Assembly: GCA_964057225.1 (NCBI GenBank) | Contig: OZ059899.1 | Span: 20,088,001 to 20,152,000 of the forward strand | Source of the DNA: Auanema rhodensis | Taxonomy: Eukaryota; Animalia; Nematoda | Direction: 5' to 3' | Length of the DNA stretch: 64,000 bases | Part shown: in pieces, positions 1 through 7,332 of the stretch | How the letters are laid out: each line of letters opens with the position of its first letter | Position numbering within the stretch: position 1 is the stretch's first letter | Made by a program: the position numbers and the translations under genes | Notes under the pieces: model-generated | Database searches by the model: none | The model's input: the letters and a program-made list of their open reading frames with translations, nothing else | What the model was told of the DNA's origin: nothing

Positions 1-125
1 ATTTTTCCGAAAAATTTCGAAATAATTTCGCAAAAAGTAGATGTTTTCAGATTCCTTTTTTCAAGGCAAAGACGATGGACATTGTTATTCAACGAAAAAA
101 TTGATTCTGCAGGGTGAAAATCGAG

Positions 126-147
126 GATATAAGTGTGAACTTATATC
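126..147. repeat. Perfect 9-bp inverted repeat with 4-nt GTGA loop (one per satellite A monomer)
   Basis: gatataagt (126-134), gtga, acttatatc (139-147). Confidence 0.9.
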
Positions 148-164
148 AGTTGATATCTCGGTGC

Positions 165-215
165 ATTTTTAAGCTAGCGCAAATCTAATAACACAGATCG
201 ACGCAGCTTAAAAAT
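165..215. repeat. Perfect 11-bp inverted repeat enclosing a second imperfect stem (one per satellite A monomer)
   Basis: atttttaagct (165-175) pairs with agcttaaaaat (205-215); inner gcg/cgc and atct(g)/(c)agat pairings. Confidence 0.9.
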
Positions 216-298
216 TCGCATCGAATGCACTATACTGCATTGAGAAACGCTTAATACAAAAGTTAGTTATGATCGTTTGAAAAAAGATGCATTAGTGT

Positions 299-326
299 AT
301 GTTGAGTTTCCATGTACACTCAACAT
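299..326. repeat. Perfect 9-bp inverted repeat with 10-nt loop (one per satellite A monomer)
   Basis: atgttgagt (299-307), ttccatgtac, actcaacat (318-326). Confidence 0.9.
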
Positions 327-959
327 TGCTTCCAAAAACATTTTTACAAAAATTTTTCCGAAAAATTTCGAAATAATTTCGCAAAAAGTAGATGTTTTTA
401 GATTCCTTTTTTCAAGGCAAAGACGATGGACATTGTTATTCAACGAAAAAATTGATTCTGCAGGGTGAAAATCGAGGATATAAGTGTGAACTTATATCAG
501 TTGATATCTCGGTGCATTTTTAAGCTAGCGCGAATCTGATAACACAGATCGACGCAGCTTAAAAATCCGCATCGAATGCACTATACAACATTGAGAAACG
601 CTTAACACAAAAATTAGTTATGATCGTTTGAAAAATGATGCATTAGTGTATGTTGAGTTTCCATGTACACTCAACATTGCTTCCAAAAACATTTTGACAA
701 AAATTTTTCCGAAAAATTTCGAAATAATTTCGCAAAAAGTAGATGTTTTCAGATTCCTTTTTTCAAGGCAAAGACGATGGACATTGTTATTCAACGAAAA
801 AATTGATTCTGCAGGGTGAAAATCGAGGATATAAGTGTGAACTTATATCAGTTGATATCTCGGTGCATTTTTAAGCTAGCGCAAATCTAATAACACAGAT
901 CGACGCAGCTTAAAAATCCGCATCGAATGCACTATACAACATTGAGAAACGCTTAACAC

Positions 960-3900
960 AAAAATTAGTTATGATCGTTTGAAAAATGATGCATTAGTGT
1001 ATGTTGAGTTTCCATGTACACTCAACATTGCTTCCAAAAACATTTTGACAAAAATTTTTCCGAAAAATTTCGAAATAATTTCGCAAAAAGTAGATGTTTT
1101 CAGATTCCTTTTTTCAAGGCAAAGACGATGGACATTGTTATTCAACGAAAAAATTGATTCTGCAGGGTGAAAATCGAGGATATAAGTGTGAACTTATATC
1201 AGTTGATATCTCGGTGCATTTTTAAGCTAGCGCAAATCTAATAACACAGATCGACGCAGCTTAAAAATTCGCATCGAATGCACTATACTGCATTGAGAAA
1301 CGCTTAATACAAAAGTTAGTTATGATCGTTTGAAAAAAGATGCATTAGTGTATGTTGAGTTTCCATGTACACTCAACATTGCTTCCAAAAACATTTTTAC
1401 AAAAATTTTTCCGAAAAATTTCGAAATAATTTCGCAAAAAGTAGATGTTTTTAGATTCCTTTTTTCAAGGCAAAGACGATGGACATTGTTATTCAACGAA
1501 AAAATTGATTCTGCAGGGTGAAAATCGAGGATATAAGTGTGAACTTATATCAGTTGATATCTCGGTGCATTTTTAAGCTAGCGCAAATCTGATAACACAG
1601 ATCGACGCAGCTTAGAAATCCGCATCGAATGCACTATACAACATTGAGAAACGCTTAACACAAAAATTAGTTATGATCGTTTGAAAAATGATGCATTAGT
1701 GTATGTTGAGTTTCCATGTACACTCAACATTGCTTCCAAAAACATTTTGACAAAAATTTTTCCGAAAAATTTCGAAATAATTTCGCAAAAAGTAGATGTT
1801 TTCAGATTCCATTTTTCAAGGCAAAGACGATGGACATTGTTATTCAACGAAAAAATTGATTCTGCAGGGTGAAAATCGAGGATATAAGTGTGAACTTATA
1901 TCAGTTGATATCTCGGTGCATTTTTAAGCTAGCGCAAATCTAATAACACAGATCGACGCAGCTTAAAAATTCGCATCGAATGCACTATACTGCATTGAGA
2001 AACGCTTAATACAAAAGTTAGTTATGATCGTTTGAAAAAAGATGCATTAGTGTATGTTGAGTTTCCATGTACACTCAACATTGCTTCCAAAAACATTTTT
2101 ACAAAAATTTTTCCGAAAAATTTCGAAATAATTTCGCAAAAAGTAGATGTTTTTAGATTCCTTTTTTCAAGGCAAAGACGATGGACATTGTTATTCAACG
2201 AAAAAATTGATTTTGCAGGGTGAAAATCGAGGATATAAGTGTGAACTTATATCAGTTGATATCTCGGTGCATTTTTAAGCTAGCGCGAATCTGATAACAC
2301 AGATCGACGCAGCTTAAAAATCCACATCGAATGCACTATACAACATTGAGAAACGCTTAACACAAAAATTAGTTATGATCGTTTGAAAAATGATGCATTA
2401 GTGTATGTTGAGTTTCCATGTACACTCAACATTGCTTCCAAAAACATTTTGACAAAAATTTTTCCGAAAAATTTCGAAATAATTTCGCAAAAAGTAGATG
2501 TTTTCAGATTCCTTTTTTCAAGGCAAAGACGATGGACATTGTTATTCAACGAAAAAATTGATTCTGCAGGGTGAAAATCGAGGATATAAGTGTGAACTTA
2601 TATCAGTTGATATCTCGGTGCATTTTTAAGCTAGCGCAAATCTAATAACACAGATCGACGCAGCTTAAAAATTCGCATCGAATGCACTATACTGCATTGA
2701 GAAACGCTTAACACAAAAATTAGTTATGATCGTTTGAAAAATGATGCATTAGTGTATGTTGAGTTTCCATGTACACTCAACATTGCTTCCAAAAACATTT
2801 TGACAAAAATTTTTCCGAAAAATTTCGAAATAATTTCGCAAAAAGTAGATGTTTTCAGATTCCTTTTTTCAAGGCAAAGACGATGGACATTGTTATTCAA
2901 CGAAAAAATTGATTCTGCAGGGTGAAAATCGAGGATATAAGTGTGAACTTATATCAGTTGATATCTCGGTGCATTTTTAAGCTAGCGCAAATCTAATAAC
3001 ACAGATCGACGCAGCTTAAAAATTCGCATCGAATGCACTATACTGCATTGAGAAACGCTTAATACAAAAGTTAGTTATGATCGTTTGAAAAAAGATGCAT
3101 TAGTGTATGTTGAGTTTCCATGTACACTCAACATTGCTTCCAAAAACATTTTTACAAAAATTTTTCCGAAAAATTTCGAAATAATTTCGCAAAAAGTAGA
3201 TGTTTTCAGATTCCTTTTTTCAAGGCAAAGACGATGGACATTGTTATTCAACGAAAAAATTGATTCTGCAGGGTGAAAATCGAGGATATATGTGTGAACT
3301 TATATCAGTTGATATCTCGGTGCATTTTTAAGCTAGCGCAAATCTAATAACACAGATCGACGCAGCTTAAAAATTCGCATCGAATGCACTATACTGCATT
3401 GAGAAACGCTTAATACAAAAGTTAGTTATGATCGTTTGAAAAAAGATGCATTAGTGTATGTTGAGTTTCCATGTACACTCAACATTGCTTCCAAAAACAT
3501 TTTTACAAAAATTTTTCCGAAAAATTTCGAAATAATTTCGCAAAAAGTAGATGTTTTTAGATTCCTTTTTTCAAGGCAAAGACGATGGACATTGTTATTC
3601 AACGAAAAAATTGATTCTGCAGGGTGAAAATCGAGGATATAAGTGTGAACTTATATCAGTTGATATCTCGGTGCATTTTTAAGCTAGCGCAAATCTGATA
3701 ACACAGATCGACGCAGCTTAAAAATCCGCATCGAATGCACTATACAACATTGAGAAACGCTTAACACAAAAATTAGTTATGATCGTTTGAAAAATGATGC
3801 ATTAGTGTATGTTGAGTTTCCATGTACACTCAACATTGCTTCCAAAAACATTTTGACAAAAATTTTTCCGAAAAATTTCGAAATAATTTCGCAAAAAGTA

Positions 3901-5510
3901 GATGTTTTCAGATTCCTTTTTTCAAGGCAAAGACGATGGACATTGTTATTCAACGAAAAAATTGATTCTGCAGGGTGAAAATCGAGGATATAAGTGTGAA
4001 CTTATATCAGTTGATATCTCGGTGCATTTTTAAGCTAGCGCAAATCTAATAACACAGATCGACGCAGCTTAAAAATTCGCATCGAATGCACTATACTGCA
4101 TTGAGAAACGCTTAATACAAAAGTTAGTTATGATCGTTTGAAAAAAGATGCATTAGTGTATGTTGAGTTTCCATGTACACTCAACATTGCTTCCAAAAAC
4201 ATTTTTACAAAAATTTTTCCGAAAAATTTCGGAATAATTTCGCAAAAAGTAGATGTTTTTAGATTCCTTTTTTCAAGGCAAAGACGATGGACATTGTTAT
4301 TCAACGAAAAAATTGATTCTGCAGGGTGAAAATCGAGGATATAAGTGTGAACTTATATCAGTTGATATCTCGGTGCATTTTTAAGCTAGCGCAAATCTGA
4401 TAACACAGATCGACGCAGCTTAGAAATCCGCATCGAATGCACTATACAACATTGAGAAACGCTTAACACAAAAATTAGTTATGATCGTTTGAAAAATGAT
4501 GCATTAGTGTATGTTGAGTTTCCATGTACACTCAACATTGCTTCCAAAAACATTTTGACAAAAATTTTTCCGAAAAATTTCGAAATAATTTCGCAAAAAG
4601 TAGATGTTTTCAGATTCCTTTTTTCAAGGCAAAGACGATGGACATTGTTATTCAACGAAAAAATTGATTCTGCAGGGTGAAAATCGAGGATATAAGTGTG
4701 AACTTATATCAGTTGATATCTCGGTGCATTTTTAAGCTAGCGCAAATCTAATAACACAGATCGACGCAGCTTAAAAATTCGCATCGAATGCACTATACTG
4801 CATTGAGAAACGCTTAATACAAAAGTTAGTTATGATCGTTTGAAAAAAGATGCATTAGTGTATGTTGAGTTTCCATGTACACTCAACATTGCTTCCAAAA
4901 ACATTTTTACAAAAATTTTTCCGAAAAATTTCGAAATAATTTCGCAAAAAGTAGATGTTTTTAGATTCCTTTTTTCAAGGCAAAGACGATGGACATTGTT
5001 ATTCAACGAAAAAATTGATTTTGCAGGGTGAAAATCGAGGATATAAGTGTGAACTTATATCAGTTGATATCTCGGTGCATTTTTAAGCTAGCGCGAATCT
5101 GATAACACAGATCGACGCAGCTTAAAAATCCACATCGAATGCACTATACAACATTGAGAAACGCTTAACACAAAAACTAGTTATGATCGTTTGAAAAATG
5201 ATGCATTAGTGTATGTTGAGTTTCCATGTACACTCAACATTGCTTCCAAAAACATTTTGACAAAAATTTTTCCGAAAAATTTCGAAATAATTTCGCAAAA
5301 AGTAGATGTTTTCAGATTCCTTTTTTCAAGGCAAAGACGATGGACATTGTTATTCAACGAAAAAATTGATTCTGCAGGGTGAAAATCGAGGATATAAGTG
5401 TGAACTTATATCAGTTGATATCTCGGTGCATTTTTAAGCTAGCGCAAATCTAATAACACAGATCGACGCAGCTTAAAAATTCGCATCGAATGCACTATAC
5501 TGCATTGAGA
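960..5510. repeat. Duplicated multi-monomer block in satellite A, offset 2808 bp (8 monomers): about 960-2700 vs about 3770-5510
   Basis: Three private SNPs recur exactly 2808 bp apart: 1615/4423, 2213/5021, 2324/5132. Block ends are approximate. Confidence 0.85.
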
Positions 5511-6930
5511 AACGCTTAATACAAAAGTTAGTTATGATCGTTTGAAAAAAGATGCATTAGTGTATGTTGAGTTTCCATGTACACTCAACATTGCTTCCAA
5601 AAATATTTTTACAAAAATTTTTCCGAAAAATTTCGAAATAATTTCGCAAAAAGTAGATGTTTTTAGATTCCTTTTTTCAAGGCAAAGACGATGGACATTG
5701 TTATTCAACGAAAAAATTGATTCTGCAGGGTGAAAATCGAGGATATAAGTGTGAACTTATATCAGTTGATATCTCGGTGCATTTTTAAGCTAGCGCAAAT
5801 CTGATAACACAGATCGACGCAGCTTAAAAATCCGCTTCGAATGCACTATACTACATTGAGAAACGCTTAACACAAAAATTAGTTATGATCGTTTGAAAAA
5901 TGATGCATTAGTGTATGTTGAGTTTCCATGTACACTCAACATTGCTTCCAAAAACATTTTGACAAAAATTTTTCCGAAAAATTTCGAAATAATTTCGCAA
6001 AAAGTAGATGTTTTCAGATTCCTTTTTTCAAGGCAAAGACGATGGACATTGTTATTCAACGAAAAAATTGATTCTGCAGGGTGAAAATCGAGGATATAAG
6101 TGTGAACTTATATCAGTTGATATCTCGGTGCATTTTTAAGCTAGCGCGAATCTGATAACACAGATCGACGCAGCTTAAAAATCCGCATCGAATGCACTAT
6201 ACAACATTGAGAAACGCTTAACACAAAAATTAGTTATGATCGTTTGAAAAATGATGCATTAGTGTATGTTGAGTTTCCATGTACACTCAACATTGCTTCC
6301 AAAAACATTTTGACAAAAATTTTTCCGAAAAATTTCGAAATAATTTCGCAAAAAGTAGATGTTTTCAGATTCCTTTTTTCAAGGCAAAGACGATGGACAT
6401 TGTTATTCAACGAAAAAATTGATTCTGCAGGGTGAAAATCGAGGATATAAGTGTGAACTTATATCAGTTGATATCTCGGTGCATTTTTAAGCTAGCGCAA
6501 ATCTGATAACACAGCTCGACGCAGCTTAAAAATCCGCATCGAATGCACTATACAACATTGAGAAACGCTTAATACAAAAATTAGTTATAATCGTTTGAAA
6601 AATGATGCATTAGTGTATGTTGAGTTTCCATGTACACTCAACATTGCTTCCAAAAACATTTTGACAAAAATTTTTCCGAAAAATTTCGAAATAATTTCGC
6701 AAAAAGTAGATGTTTTCAGATTCCTTTTTTCAAGGCAAAGACGATGGACATTGTTATTCAACGAAAAAATTGATTCTGCAGGGTGAAAATCGAGGATATA
6801 TGTGTGAACTTATATCAGTTGATATCTCGGTGCATTTTTAAGCTAGCGCAAATCTGATAACACAGCTCGACGCAGCTTAAAAATCCGCATCGAATGCACT
6901 ATACTACATTGAAAAACGCTTAATACAAAA

Positions 6931-6980
6931 ATTATATCGTTATGATCGTTTGAAAAATGATGCATAACTCGCTTCACGTG
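6931..6980. other. Direct satellite A / satellite B junction (1-nt overlap at 6965)
   Basis: The sequence reads ...aaaatgatgca-T-aactcgcttcacgtg. A normally continues gatgcat-tagtg; B is normally preceded by ggtatg-taactc. Confidence 0.95.
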
Positions 6981-7237
6981 GAAGATGAAGAGATGCGGTT
7001 TTCAAAATTAGATTCCCCATGTCCATATTAGTCTAAAAACAATTTGTTACTGATATTGGTGCATGGTAACCATGATTTTGAAATTTACGTGAACTTTAAT
7101 TTATGCTAATTAAACGTACACGTGATGTGCACTCGGTATGTAACTCGCTTCACGTGTAAGATAAAGAGATGCGGTTTTCAAAATTAGATTCCCCATGTCC
7201 ATATTAGTCTAAAAACAAATTTTTATTGATATTGGTG

Positions 7238-7250
7238 CATGGTAACCATG
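7238..7250. repeat. Interrupted palindrome CATGGT-A-ACCATG (one per satellite B monomer; contains a BstEII site)
   Basis: Monomer positions 98-110; present in most monomers, with minor variants at the 3' end (cata, caag). Confidence 0.9.
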
Positions 7251-7261
7251 ACTTTGAAATT

Positions 7262-7332
7262 TACGTGAACTTTAATTTATGCTAATTAAACGTACACGTG
7301 GTGTGCACTCGGTATGTAACTCGCTTCACGTG
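7262..7332. promoter_or_regulatory. Cluster of three ACGTG cores (TACGTG, CACGTG, CACGTG), bHLH/bHLH-PAS-type motifs, repeated in every B monomer
   Basis: ACGTG at 7263, 7296 and 7328. The motif match is direct; protein binding is unproven. Confidence 0.35.

Larger units (their letters stand above)
1..6965. repeat. Satellite A: tandem array of 351-bp AT-rich monomers (about 19.8 copies, extends beyond window start)
   Basis: Near-identical text recurs every 351 bp; the ORF track starts at 277+351k for k=0..18 with no phase shift. The last copy has a 4-bp insertion (tatc, 6935-6938) and is truncated at ...gatgcat (6965). Confidence 0.99.

Noticed and set aside
1-351. Satellite A as a simple head-to-tail dimer of a ~176-bp unit
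   Set aside because: The two halves do not align by eye at offset 175-176. Weak internal similarities fall at inconsistent offsets (about 157, 166, 182, 188). Only the length coincidence remains.
357-385. CENP-B box-like TTCG/CGAA words in satellite A
   Set aside because: ttcgaaataatttcg matches TTCG and the A but lacks CGGG. On the other strand, tccg-N8-cgaa has the wrong spacing and mismatches versus CCCG-N7-CGAA. The B consensus has no TTCG.
277-6786. 19 copies of a 63-aa ORF (MK[K/N]DALVYVEFPC...)
   Set aside because: It starts at TTG, has no recognisable domain, and its K/F/I/N-rich composition simply reflects A/T tracts. It recurs only because the 351-bp unit does. Many of the variants inside it change amino acids (K/N, F/L, S/F, L/H, E/G), so there is no sign of coding constraint.
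7120-7300. Budding-yeast point centromere (CDEI-CDEII-CDEIII)
   Set aside because: A CDEI-identical 8-mer occurs in some monomers, but there is no ~80-bp >90% AT CDEII and no CDEIII, and the context is a large tandem array.
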